From: Patescibacteria group bacterium
GTDB taxonomy: Bacteria > Patescibacteriota > Minisyncoccia > Phycocordibacterales > DATDWN01
Direction: 5' to 3'
Assembly: GCA_013816135.1 (NCBI GenBank)
Contig: JACDEV010000001.1
Coordinates: forward strand, 28,994-92,993
DNA length: 64,000 nucleotides
This document shows, one piece after another, positions 9,813 to 18,967 of the stretch (the stretch's first letter is position 1; each line of letters starts with the position of its first letter). Made by a program: the position numbers and the translations under genes. The notes under the pieces are model-generated. The model worked only from the letters and a program-made list of their open reading frames with translations, had not been told where the DNA came from and made no database searches.

Positions 9813-10688
9813 ATGAGTGGAAACTTGAATATCGGATCAGTGAACGGACACATAGTTGGAAGGGTCTTGAAAGAGACAGTTCGACGAGCAGCGGTGGTCA
9901 TCCGAAACGAAACGATGATCTTCGACGCGAGAACAAAGGAAAGCTACAGTGGGACGATGGACGATGTGTTCACGTCGGCAGATACGAAGGCACAAGCTCT
10001 CTACCTGCGTACCTTCGATGAATGCTTCCCTCTCTGTGGAGTCATCGGCGAGGAAAACAATCTTACGATCAAACCCGAAGAAGGGTGCACCGCGTATTTC
10101 ACGGTAGACCCTTTGGATGGAACCAAAGCCTATGTCCGTCGGCAATCCCATGGAGTTGCAACAATGGTTGCACTCGTGGACAAAGGTGAAGTTCTGTCCG
10201 CCTATATCGGAGATATCAACACCGACGAAGTGTATGGTTTCCGACCTGGTTCGAATAAAGTTTTCCGGATCACGAGATTGGATTCATTCGAAGAATTACT
10301 TCCCGGCAAAACGCTTGGAAGTCTCAAGGAAGCCCACTGCCTACTTCGGGATCCTGTCGAGATATACAGTACTTCCACTCAGACCCTCGTCAAGAAGTTC
10401 AAAAACTACGAGGTTATGGGGTCATCTATCGGTACCTGGATGGCACGACTTTGGAAACAAGAGATTCCTGCTGTGCTCATTGAAGCAGGATGGGAAACCC
10501 CATGGGATTCAACACCCATAATCGGAATTTCCCAGAAACTTGGATATGTGTTCCTCCGTCCTGGAGGATTAGGTCTTCCTGGAGAGCGTGTGTGGAAAAT
10601 ATTTCAACCCAAGCTTGTCCAAAAAAAAGAACGACGGAATCACGATACGTTAGTTATCCACGCAAACAATCTACATCTTCTCTACTGA
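9813..10688 (+). CDS. Inositol monophosphatase (FIG) family protein
   Basis: T-x-AD, IGEE, VDPLDGT, PWD motifs; SD AAGGAG. Confidence 0.85.
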   Translation: MSGNLNIGSVNGHIVGRVLKETVRRAAVVIRNETMIFDARTKESYSGTMDDVFTSADTKAQALYLRTFDECFPLCGVIGEENNLTIKPEEGCTAYFTVDPLDGTKAYVRRQSHGVATMVALVDKGEVLSAYIGDINTDEVYGFRPGSNKVFRITRLDSFEELLPGKTLGSLKEAHCLLRDPVEIYSTSTQTLVKKFKNYEVMGSSIGTWMARLWKQEIPAVLIEAGWETPWDSTPIIGISQKLGYVFLRPGGLGLPGERVWKIFQPKLVQKKERRNHDTLVIHANNLHLLY

Positions 10689-10698
10689 TCTTTACCCT

Positions 10699-10726
10699 AA
10701 AGGGTCCGCAGCAATGCGGACCCTTT
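10699..10726 (+). terminator. Intrinsic, possibly bidirectional, terminator
   Basis: aaagggtccgca-gcaa-tgcggacccttt between convergent genes. Confidence 0.8.
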
Positions 10727-10733
10727 CTTATAT

Positions 10734-11774
10734 TTATTTATACTCTTTTATTATTTTCACCAGTGCCAGTTCAAGTGGAAGCTGAGGAATATACGCCCCA
10801 GTTGTTTTTTCATAAGCAGTAAGAAGTTCTATCATAGTTTGAGAACTGAAACTTCCCTCTTTCTTAGAAAGTTTTTCCGCAAAGCTAAATTCTTTTTCAG
10901 ATAGATCATTTTTTATTACAGATGGGGCGCCAAATCTTACAAGTAGCACAGCACGAGTTGTGTGTAATATAAGTTTTAGAAACACAGACATATCCACATT
11001 CTGGCTAGTAGCTTTTTTTACAGCTTCCAATCCTAGTGTTAAATCTTTTTCTGCAATAGCAGTTACAACATCATGAACCAATGTTATAGCTGGAGCTCCC
11101 GTCACCAATCTAACTTCATCTTCTGAAATTTTCTTATCTTTACTATAAGCTAGAATTTTTTGAATAATTCCTTGAGTGTCTCGAAAAGATCCATCCCCAA
11201 GAAGTGCCACCAATTCTGCAGAAGCCTCGTCAATAATATAACCTTCTTTTTTTGCAATATTTATAACAACTTTTTTCAAAACCTCTTGGCTAGGTTTTTT
11301 GAATGTATAAACTTCGCAACGTGAAAGAACTGTTTCCGGAATTTTGTGAGTTTCAGTAGTGGCCAGAATAAAAACAACATGAGCAGGTGGTTCTTCCAGA
11401 GTCTTTAATAATGCATTTGCTGCAGCCTTTGAAAGCATATGGACTTCGTCCAAGATATAAACTTTGTATTTTGATTCGAAAGGAAGAGTAAAAACTGATT
11501 CATTCAATGCTCGAATGTCATCGATGGAAGTATTTGATGCTGCATCTATTTCATAAATATCGTTCTTACTAGTTCCAATGGTGCTAGCAAAAATTCTAGC
11601 AACAGAAGTCTTTCCTGTTCCACGAGTCCCTGAAAAAAGATAAGCGTGAGAAATTTCACCAGATTTTGCTTCTGCTTCCAAGACTTTCACTATATGTTCT
11701 TGACCAATTACGTCTGCAAACTTTGCAGGTCGATATTTTCTATAGAGTGCTTCTGACATATTTAGAACTTTCAT
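10734..11774 (-). CDS. dnaX: DNA polymerase III subunit gamma/tau
   Basis: ALYRKYRP, GTRGTGKTS, EIDAASN, ILDEVHMLS, LKTLEEPP; alternative start at 11759. Confidence 0.97.
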   Translation of the reverse strand: MKVLNMSEALYRKYRPAKFADVIGQEHIVKVLEAEAKSGEISHAYLFSGTRGTGKTSVARIFASTIGTSKNDIYEIDAASNTSIDDIRALNESVFTLPFESKYKVYILDEVHMLSKAAANALLKTLEEPPAHVVFILATTETHKIPETVLSRCEVYTFKKPSQEVLKKVVINIAKKEGYIIDEASAELVALLGDGSFRDTQGIIQKILAYSKDKKISEDEVRLVTGAPAITLVHDVVTAIAEKDLTLGLEAVKKATSQNVDMSVFLKLILHTTRAVLLVRFGAPSVIKNDLSEKEFSFAEKLSKKEGSFSSQTMIELLTAYEKTTGAYIPQLPLELALVKIIKEYK

Positions 11775-11900
11775 ATTTGGTCGATTTCTTTGTCGGAGTT
11801 CAAAAAATAATTCTCATCTTATATCGTATAAGCCTCCAATTATTTTTCTTCTCCTCCTTGAACTCACCTCAAATCTGTAAGTTCTACTAGTATAACTTAT

Positions 11901-12393
11901 AATTTTGAAAACAAAAAAACCGCTTGCATTGCAAGACGGATTCTGGCACCACCGAGCCAAAAATAGCTCGGTGGCTGAGTAGGTTCAGCTCAAACAGTCG
12001 GGATAGTCACTGTTTATGGAATTGCAATTGTTCGTCCAGTGTTCGCGCAAACATGGATCCTTCAATAGGAATCCCTCTTTTCCATTGTAGCTGAGTTCGA
12101 AGTTGTTTATTATCATTTGTTCCCAAGCCCTTAGAATATCTGATGATAATTGAGAAAGTCCGAAACTCTCACGAATGAGGTTGTGTCCTTTAAATGATAT
12201 GTCCTCACACTCACAACAGATCTGAATGTGAATCGGTTTCACTTCGTTCTTATGTGCGGGTACGCGCATTATGACTCGTTTGCATTCCGGACAAACGACA
12301 CATCGCTCAAACATATCGAGACCTCCAGATCAATTTGCTTTATCTGTTTAAACCATAACATATTGATGAAAAATTTTGAAAACAAAAAAACCG
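11901..12393. repeat. 22-bp direct repeat aattttgaaaacaaaaaaaccg (11901-11922 and 12372-12393), each adjoining two hairpins
   Basis: Identical copies read directly; each marks the 3' end of a small minus-strand Cys-rich ORF. Confidence 0.75.
11985..12314 (-). CDS. Orphan CxxC-CxxC zinc-ribbon protein
   Basis: CPEC...CCEC; SD GGAGGT; double-hairpin terminator. Confidence 0.7.
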   Translation of the reverse strand: MFERCVVCPECKRVIMRVPAHKNEVKPIHIQICCECEDISFKGHNLIRESFGLSQLSSDILRAWEQMIINNFELSYNGKEGFLLKDPCLREHWTNNCNSINSDYPDCLS

Positions 12394-12452
12394 AGCTCAA
12401 TGAGTCGGTATTCGTAACCACGGCAGGCAAAGCCTGCCGTGGTTAGATATTC

Positions 12453-12770
12453 TTACGCTCCGTCGTCTTCTGTTTTACTACGATAAGGAGTCTCGTAATC
12501 AGAAGGAGTTGGATAAGATTGATAATCTACCAATTCGTTTACTTGACGTTCCAAACTATGGAGGATACGCCTTCTTACAAGGAAGCCGTATTCTTTCAAA
12601 CTTGAATAAGGTAAAACATCCGCAGTCAGGTTTGGAGACCTTAGAAGTTCCACTCTGGAACATGCTCCGCAAACCCGAAGTCCGAAGAACTGTTGTTCAG
12701 TCTTGGTAGAAGTCTTGCCGCACTTTTTTCCACACCCTCGGCAGTAGACAGGTACCGTTCTAATCTCCAT
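12453..12770 (-). CDS. Orphan CxxC-CxxC zinc-ribbon protein
   Basis: CRGC...CGAC; start moved to the ATG at 12770 (MEIRT) behind SD GGAGGT; promoter TTGCTT-N17-TAGTGT. Confidence 0.7.
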   Translation of the reverse strand: MEIRTVPVYCRGCGKKCGKTSTKTEQQFFGLRVCGACSRVELLRSPNLTADVLPYSSLKEYGFLVRRRILHSLERQVNELVDYQSYPTPSDYETPYRSKTEDDGA

Positions 12771-12859
12771 CCGACACCTCCGCGAACTTGAGGACAAAGA
12801 AACTTTCTCTTTTTAAACACTATCATAATTCTAGAAAAAAAAGCAATAAATAAAATATA

Positions 12860-13135
12860 AAAAACACCTGCCGTGATGGAAGATGTGTGTGCTTTACTGG
12901 CTCTCGCTCCAAGATGGAGCGAGAGCCAGTATGGAAGGTGCTGCGATCTACACTACTGGTAAAAATTGTATTTTTCCTAGCCCTACGGATTTGTACTTTT
13001 ACATACCTCACCGCAGGGTCGATGAGCAGTTGGGAGCCTCCTTTTGTCCGATTTATTAGGTTCGGACAGGAATTACGCGTAATGTGGACATTGCCTCAAC
13101 AGAGGGATGGCACATCAGGGCGTCTCTTTCTAAGT
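12860..13135 (-). ncRNA. Candidate structured ncRNA or leader (~270 nt)
   Basis: TTGACA-N16-TAGGGT promoter at ~13139-13166; long perfect hairpin tactggctctcgctcca/tggagcgagagccagta; ends in a T-run; no SD-led ORF. Confidence 0.45.
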
Positions 13136-13169
13136 AGAACCCTATCACAGACCAATAATGTGTCAAATA

Positions 13170-14153
13170 CTATTGTTTTAGATAATCTTCTACTATTTCT
13201 TCCACTTCTTTTGCATCTTTAGCTTCCATAAGTTTCATCCGTAGTTCCTTAGCACCATCCCATCCATTCACATAAGCCTTATAATGTTTTTTCATTATAG
13301 CAAAGCTTTTTTGAGGAAGTAATTCTTCAAAAAGTTTAGTGTGCTCTACCATCACTCTTAATCTATCGGGAATAGAGACTTCTTCTCTCTTTACTTCCCT
13401 ACTAAAACACCAAGGGTTTCCAAAAATTGCTCGTCCAAGCATTACGCCATCACATCTAGTTTCTACAACTTTATTTTCCGCATCTACAAGATCTGTTACG
13501 TCCCCATTTCCAAAAATAAGAGTTTCACTTTTTTTTCCATTAGAATCAACAAAGTTATCACGTATTTCAACTGCTCTCTTTATATGTTCCCATCTGGCAG
13601 GAACAGAAGACATTTCTTTTCTAGTTCTCGCATGGATAGTTATTATTGCGGGATTTGTCTCAAGTAACACAGGAAGCCAAGTTTCAAGTTCATTTCTGTT
13701 ATATCCGATACGAGTTTTCACACTTACCGGCAAATCTTTGCCATTTTTCTTTGCTCCTCGCATAGCTGCCAAAATAACTTCTTGGGAGTTCTTGAAGTTC
13801 TTTATATGGGCTGAGCCTGAACCTTGCTTTTCAATTGGCACTGCAGGACATCCCATATTCAAATCTATACCATCAAAACCAAGATCACATGCTAATTCCG
13901 CAGCTTTTTCTATCATCTCAGCTTTACCAGAAAAAAACTGGGCAACTATTGGTCGTTCTTCTTCGGTAAACGCTAAATCCTTTATCAAGTGATTATAACC
14001 TCCCAGAAAAAGTCCATCGGCAGAAACAAATTCTGTCCACATAACATCTGGCTTTCCATACTTGGCAATTATCCGCCGAAAAGCCGGATCTGTAACATCG
14101 GCCATAGGAGCTAGCACCATTATTGGTTTTTTTAAGTCTTTCCAAAAATTCAT
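13170..14153 (-). CDS. dus: tRNA-dihydrouridine synthase
   Basis: LAPMADVTD, TEFVS, DLNMGCP, VSVKTRIG, IHART, GNGD. Confidence 0.95.
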   Translation of the reverse strand: MNFWKDLKKPIMVLAPMADVTDPAFRRIIAKYGKPDVMWTEFVSADGLFLGGYNHLIKDLAFTEEERPIVAQFFSGKAEMIEKAAELACDLGFDGIDLNMGCPAVPIEKQGSGSAHIKNFKNSQEVILAAMRGAKKNGKDLPVSVKTRIGYNRNELETWLPVLLETNPAIITIHARTRKEMSSVPARWEHIKRAVEIRDNFVDSNGKKSETLIFGNGDVTDLVDAENKVVETRCDGVMLGRAIFGNPWCFSREVKREEVSIPDRLRVMVEHTKLFEELLPQKSFAIMKKHYKAYVNGWDGAKELRMKLMEAKDAKEVEEIVEDYLKQ

Positions 14154-14208
14154 GAATTGACTATATTATATTTATTCTATATAAACAATTAAAGAGGAAA
14201 CTAATCAT

Positions 14209-14832
14209 ATGAACAAACCGAAATTAACAGTCTTTGCATCGGGATCTAAAACAGGAGGCGGATCAGGTTTCGAAAACTTGGTTAAAGCTTCTCGTAACGG
14301 AATTCTAGATGCAGAAATACGTGTAGTTTCCAGCCGTGAAAATACAGGTGTTAAAAAGATCGCAGATGAGCTAGGAGTGCCGTTCACATATTCAGCAGGA
14401 CCATGGACCAAAGAGACATATCAAGAACTCGCTAAGGGTTCAGACTTTGTCGCCCTCTCTGGGTGGCTGAAGCTAGTTACTGGTCTTGATCCTCGAACGA
14501 CTTTCAATATCCATCCTGGACCTCTTCCTCGATTTGGTGGCGAGCGCATGTATGGGCATTATGTACACGAAGCCGTAATAGAAGCCTTCAATCGTGGTGA
14601 AATCACACACTCCGCAGTGACAATGCACTTCGTGACTGAGAAATTTGATGAAGGCCCAGTATTCTTTCGGAAAGCCATCGAGATTATCCCCGGCGATACT
14701 GCCGACAGCCTTAGTGCACGAGTTAACACTGTTGAGCATCTATACCAACCGATCGTTACGGATGCAGTTCTGAAGGGCAAAATTTGGTGGGATGGCAAGA
14801 ACCCAGACTCACTACATTCGATCTATATATAG
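14209..14832 (+). CDS. purN: Phosphoribosylglycinamide formyltransferase-like protein
   Basis: VFASG...GSGF, NIHPGPLPRFGG, MYG..VH, HFV..FDEGP. Confidence 0.85.
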   Translation: MNKPKLTVFASGSKTGGGSGFENLVKASRNGILDAEIRVVSSRENTGVKKIADELGVPFTYSAGPWTKETYQELAKGSDFVALSGWLKLVTGLDPRTTFNIHPGPLPRFGGERMYGHYVHEAVIEAFNRGEITHSAVTMHFVTEKFDEGPVFFRKAIEIIPGDTADSLSARVNTVEHLYQPIVTDAVLKGKIWWDGKNPDSLHSIYI

Positions 14833-14842
14833 AAGAGTAGGT

Positions 14843-14868
14843 AAATCCGCGTTGAAAGACGCGGATTT
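14843..14868 (+). terminator. Intrinsic terminator
   Basis: aaatccgcgt/acgcggattt stem. Confidence 0.65.
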
Positions 14869-14871
14869 CGT

Positions 14872-15705
14872 TTATTTCAATTTATAAAATAATTTATTAC
14901 CGTAACGCATATCGATGTATTGTATAGGAAGGTCTGGAGTTGAACTTGCAACAAATACTTTTGATTTTAGAAGTGCAACTAGATTTTCCATTACTTTAGA
15001 AAGTGACTCTTTAGTATCAAAATAAATTTCTCCCCCTCCACGCAATACTAGTGAATACTCGCCTCCGCCTTTGGAAACAAGATAGATTGGATGCAAGGAA
15101 ATTGAGCGAGTAAAATCAATGAATCTAGATATCTCACTAAATTCTGTACTAGAGGCTATATACTGTGAACCAATAGGACTGCTTGATGAAATTTCTCCAT
15201 AATATTTGAAATAAGCATCTCCCGAAAAGTAAGGTGATTCTGCAAATATAGTGCTATTTTGATCTAAAAAATAACATTGCTCAGTTACAGAATTATTCGG
15301 TAAATTGTCACACCAAATAGCAAAGGGCTTTTTCTCAGTAATGACAATTGAAAGTGTGTGAAAATTCTTTGGAGAAATTTTTATGGTGTCAATTCTTTTG
15401 AATATATCTCTCAAATCATTCTCCAAATGTATTTTTGGATACCAAAAATAATTATTCTTGGGATACAGCCAAAAATATGATCCTCCCAAAAAATCCAAGG
15501 ATTCTCTTTCAATTTCATTTGAAGTAAGAAGGATTCCACCCGACAGCTCGACTTTTGAAATCCTAAGTTTTTGACGATAAGAAATAAAAGAAGATAATCC
15601 TAGTATAAAAAAAATAACAACAAGAATAATGGTATACCTAATAAGCCTTTTATTTCGCTTTTTTTTTAAATACTCCTCACGTTGTGGAAGATTGTTAAAT
15701 GACAT
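14872..15705 (-). CDS. FtsQ/DivIB-like cell division protein
   Basis: Basic N-terminus, one TM, POTRA-like region, C-terminal YIDMRYGNKLFYK; start set at MSFNN. Confidence 0.75.
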   Translation of the reverse strand: MSFNNLPQREEYLKKKRNKRLIRYTIILVVIFFILGLSSFISYRQKLRISKVELSGGILLTSNEIERESLDFLGGSYFWLYPKNNYFWYPKIHLENDLRDIFKRIDTIKISPKNFHTLSIVITEKKPFAIWCDNLPNNSVTEQCYFLDQNSTIFAESPYFSGDAYFKYYGEISSSSPIGSQYIASSTEFSEISRFIDFTRSISLHPIYLVSKGGGEYSLVLRGGGEIYFDTKESLSKVMENLVALLKSKVFVASSTPDLPIQYIDMRYGNKLFYKLK

Positions 15706-15748
15706 AATAATTCTTTTAAAAACAGAACAAAACAAACAAAACTATTAT

Positions 15749-17044
15749 CTATTTTTTAGATATGATAGTTTGTCCGCCCATATAAGGTTGTAGGACTTCT
15801 GGAATTTTTATTGAACCATCAGCTTGCTGATAATTCTCTACTATCATAATTAAGGGACGTCCGGATAAAGCCGTGTTGTTGAGTGAGTGAGCAAACTTCA
15901 TTTTTCCATCGTCGTCTCTATATCGTATATTCAACCTTCGTGTCTGGAAGTCATGGAAATAAGAAGCAGAGCCGGTTTCCCTGTATGTATTTTCAGATGG
16001 CATCCAAACCTCAATATCATATTTTTTTACTTGGCCCAATCCTAAGTCTCCACCGCAGTTTACGACAACATGATAAGGCAATCCCAAAGCTTCAGTGATC
16101 TCTTCAGAATTCCTTTCTATTTCTTCATGATGCTTAACTGATTCAGCATGAGATGCTTCACAAAGAACCACTTGTTCAAATTTATAAAATTCATGGACCC
16201 TAAGAATGCCTTTCGTATCTTTTCCATGACTACCTGCTTCTCGTCTAAAAGCCGAAGAAAAAGCTAAAGTCTTTAGAGGTAAATCTTTCTTATCTACAAC
16301 TTCATCCATGTAGTAGCCCATTGTTGCAACTTCGGCAGTACCTGATAAATATTCTCCGTCTTGAGTTTTATAAAGATCTTCTTCTCCTTGTGGAAGATAG
16401 CCTGTGCCCATAAGCAATTCTCTTTTTAATAAAGACGGTACTATCATTTGTGTCCAATCTTGTTTTCCCGCTTCAGAACCTGCACCTTTCTTATAAAAAA
16501 ACTCTTGTACGAACTGCCATAAAGCAAACTGCAATCTTGCGCCATCCCCTTTCAAAAAATATCCACGGAAACCTGCGACTTTTGTACCTCGCTCAAGATC
16601 AAGCATATCCAAATCCTGCATCAGTTCTACATGATTCTTTGGAGTAAAATCAAATTTTGGAATTTCTCCCCAAACCTTTACTTCTTTATTATCTTTATCA
16701 TCTATACCATCCGGAACTGACATATCGGGAATATTAGGAACAGCTACCATGAGTTTTTGCCACTGAAGCATGACATCCTTCAACTCTTCCTGTTCTTTTT
16801 GTAATTCCTCCTTCAATATTTTCATCTCAGCTATCATCTGAGATTTTTCAGCTTGATCTTCAGTTCTTACCATTTTCTCGCTGACCTCATTTTGTTCTGC
16901 CTTTTTTTTATCTGTGGAAAGTATGAGCTCACGTCTTCGGTCATCAATCTTTAGCAGTGCTTCAACATCAAAATCTATATGCTTCTTTACAGCTCCCGCA
17001 GAAATAAGATCTTTATTTTCTCGAATGAATTTAATATCCAACAT
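15749..17044 (-). CDS. serS: Serine--tRNA ligase
   Basis: MLDIKFIREN, GTAEV, FRREAG, RVHEFYKFE, HSLNNT. Confidence 0.98.
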   Translation of the reverse strand: MLDIKFIRENKDLISAGAVKKHIDFDVEALLKIDDRRRELILSTDKKKAEQNEVSEKMVRTEDQAEKSQMIAEMKILKEELQKEQEELKDVMLQWQKLMVAVPNIPDMSVPDGIDDKDNKEVKVWGEIPKFDFTPKNHVELMQDLDMLDLERGTKVAGFRGYFLKGDGARLQFALWQFVQEFFYKKGAGSEAGKQDWTQMIVPSLLKRELLMGTGYLPQGEEDLYKTQDGEYLSGTAEVATMGYYMDEVVDKKDLPLKTLAFSSAFRREAGSHGKDTKGILRVHEFYKFEQVVLCEASHAESVKHHEEIERNSEEITEALGLPYHVVVNCGGDLGLGQVKKYDIEVWMPSENTYRETGSASYFHDFQTRRLNIRYRDDDGKMKFAHSLNNTALSGRPLIMIVENYQQADGSIKIPEVLQPYMGGQTIISKK

Positions 17045-17079
17045 AATATATATAGTATCAAAAGGTCACAGATATGAGA

Positions 17080-17105
17080 ATAGCGGGACCTTCCGGGCCC
17101 GCTAT
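17080..17105 (-). terminator. Terminator hairpin of the orphan gene pair
   Basis: atagcggg/cccgctat stem. Confidence 0.55.
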
Positions 17106-17118
17106 GAATTCAAACATT

Positions 17119-17430
17119 TTAGTTTTTCTTTTTAGGTGGCCACGGCTCGCTGAACTTTCGAAGCTCAGAACTAAGCACCCATAACGGATTTCTTTCTCCA
17201 CTCTGAAAGCTTACGACCTTGCGTGGATTCCGCCAACCTGAACACATTACTTTTTTATTTCTGAGTTGTCCGATTGAGAGCACTTCGCGACATTTCAGGG
17301 TATCCATCGGATGCACCATATCTTTACCTACGATGCAATAACAAGAAATATCCTTTTTCAATCTAACTTGTTCTCTCAATAGATTATCTCCTACTCTGCA
17401 TGGGATTATTGTTGACCTCTTCCCATGCAT
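17119..17430 (-). CDS. Orphan hypothetical protein (start uncertain)
   Basis: ORF follows 17384-17650; an internal AGGAGA-led TTG may be the true start. Confidence 0.5.
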   Translation of the reverse strand: MHGKRSTIIPCRVGDNLLREQVRLKKDISCYCIVGKDMVHPMDTLKCREVLSIGQLRNKKVMCSGWRNPRKVVSFQSGERNPLWVLSSELRKFSEPWPPKKKN

Positions 17431-17650
17431 TCGAACATTCAGATTGCAGGAAGTAGAAGACTGTGTGATGTGACGGAAAACAAAACGGAATAGCGTTATG
17501 TTTCTCCTTATTGTATGTCACTACTTCCACTCCCTGGATCTCTATGAGTTCACCTTCTCTTACCCAGTTTCCTGTCCTAACACAGTCTCCTTTGGGAGAA
17601 CTCCAGAGATGTCTCACTTCTTTCTTCATTCGAACTAACTTCCTGAGCAT
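17384..17650 (-). CDS. Orphan hypothetical protein
   Basis: TTGAAA-N16-TAAGGT promoter, SD GGAGGG before ATG. Confidence 0.65.
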   Translation of the reverse strand: MLRKLVRMKKEVRHLWSSPKGDCVRTGNWVREGELIEIQGVEVVTYNKEKHNAIPFCFPSHHTVFYFLQSECSNAWEEVNNNPMQSRR

Positions 17651-17721
17651 ATGCCCTCCGAAAGATACCTTACACTAATTTAACAAAATTTCAACAATCT
17701 AATCTGATACAATATATATGT

Positions 17722-18576
17722 ATGGAAATAAAGGATTTATCAAAAAAAGAGTTTCCTTCTCTACTTAAAGAAATAAATGATCCACCGAAATCTCTTCGGA
17801 TAATTGGAAATTTCCCAAAAACTGAAAAATATCTTTGTGTTGTAGGGTCTCGAAAGTATAGTGATTATGGACGGGCGGTTTGTGAAAAGTTGATTGAAGG
17901 TCTGTCGGGCTATTCCATAACAATAGTCTCTGGTCTAGCACTTGGTATTGATGCTATTGCCCATCGCGCTGCGCTAAAAGCAGGACTTCCAACTATTGCC
18001 GTTCCAGGTTCTGGACTTAGCGAAAAATCACTTTATCCAAAAACCAATGTTCTCTTAGCTAAAGAAATTGTTGAAAATGGCGGCGCATTAATATCAGAAT
18101 TTCCCGATGATTTTCTACCTCGACCTTACAGCTTTCCACAAAGAAACAGAATAATGGCAGGTATGTGTCATGCAACTTTTATTATCGAAGCAGAACTTAA
18201 ATCAGGAACTCTAATAACTTCAAAATATGCAATCGAATACAATAGAGATGTATTCACTGTTCCAAATTCTATATTTTCAAAAACTTCAGAAGGTCCTCAC
18301 ATGCTTTTAAGGCTAGGTGCGACACCAATAACACAATCAAGTGACATAATCAGCGCGCTTGGATTACAGGCGCATGATGATCTTTTTCAGAAGAAAAACT
18401 ATTCAAACTGTTCGAGTGACGAGCATGAGATTATTAATATTTTAAATGAACCATTATCACGAGATGAGATTATCCGTCGACTAGGGAAACCTGTCTACGT
18501 AACACAGACAATATTAGCCACTATGGAAATCAAAAACCTTATAGAAGAAACTATGGGAGAGATCCACCTAAGGTAG
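17722..18576 (+). CDS. dprA: DNA-processing protein DprA
   Basis: VVGSR, IVSGLALGID, ISEF, FPQRNRIMAG, SGTLIT, C-terminal winged helix. Confidence 0.97.
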   Translation: MEIKDLSKKEFPSLLKEINDPPKSLRIIGNFPKTEKYLCVVGSRKYSDYGRAVCEKLIEGLSGYSITIVSGLALGIDAIAHRAALKAGLPTIAVPGSGLSEKSLYPKTNVLLAKEIVENGGALISEFPDDFLPRPYSFPQRNRIMAGMCHATFIIEAELKSGTLITSKYAIEYNRDVFTVPNSIFSKTSEGPHMLLRLGATPITQSSDIISALGLQAHDDLFQKKNYSNCSSDEHEIINILNEPLSRDEIIRRLGKPVYVTQTILATMEIKNLIEETMGEIHLR

Positions 18577-18620
18577 TTGCTAAACAAATATTCTTTGATA
18601 TTCTAAAAGTTGGAGGTAGC

Positions 18621-18878
18621 ATGAAAACGATTGTTGTTATGACTTTGGTTCAGGTATTGGAAAGTATGGATGGAAAAAACCTCCAGCCTACACACAAATT
18701 CATTGAACCAGGGACAGTGATTAAGGTTGCTGATCCTGAAACATGTACATTCGAAGGACAAGATTGCATCGCTCTACATCTAGAAGGTCATTCTGGAAAC
18801 TTCTATATTATTGAAAAAGACCTGGATGTAGCTCAAGGTGATGCGCCTAAAAGAAGAAAAAAAGATAAAATTAATTAA
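18621..18878 (+). CDS. Orphan small protein between dprA and topA
   Basis: TTGCTA-N16-TATTCT, SD GGAGGT, own terminator. Confidence 0.7.
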   Translation: MKTIVVMTLVQVLESMDGKNLQPTHKFIEPGTVIKVADPETCTFEGQDCIALHLEGHSGNFYIIEKDLDVAQGDAPKRRKKDKIN

Positions 18879-18909
18879 ATAGCCTGGCGGGTTTCCCCGC
18901 CAGGCTATT
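18878..18909 (+). terminator. Intrinsic terminator
   Basis: aatagcctggcggg/cccgccaggctatt. Confidence 0.75.
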
Positions 18910-18967
18910 ATTTAATTTTAAACTCAAATTTGCAAAATAAATTTTTTGCGGTAATACTAGATGAGTT

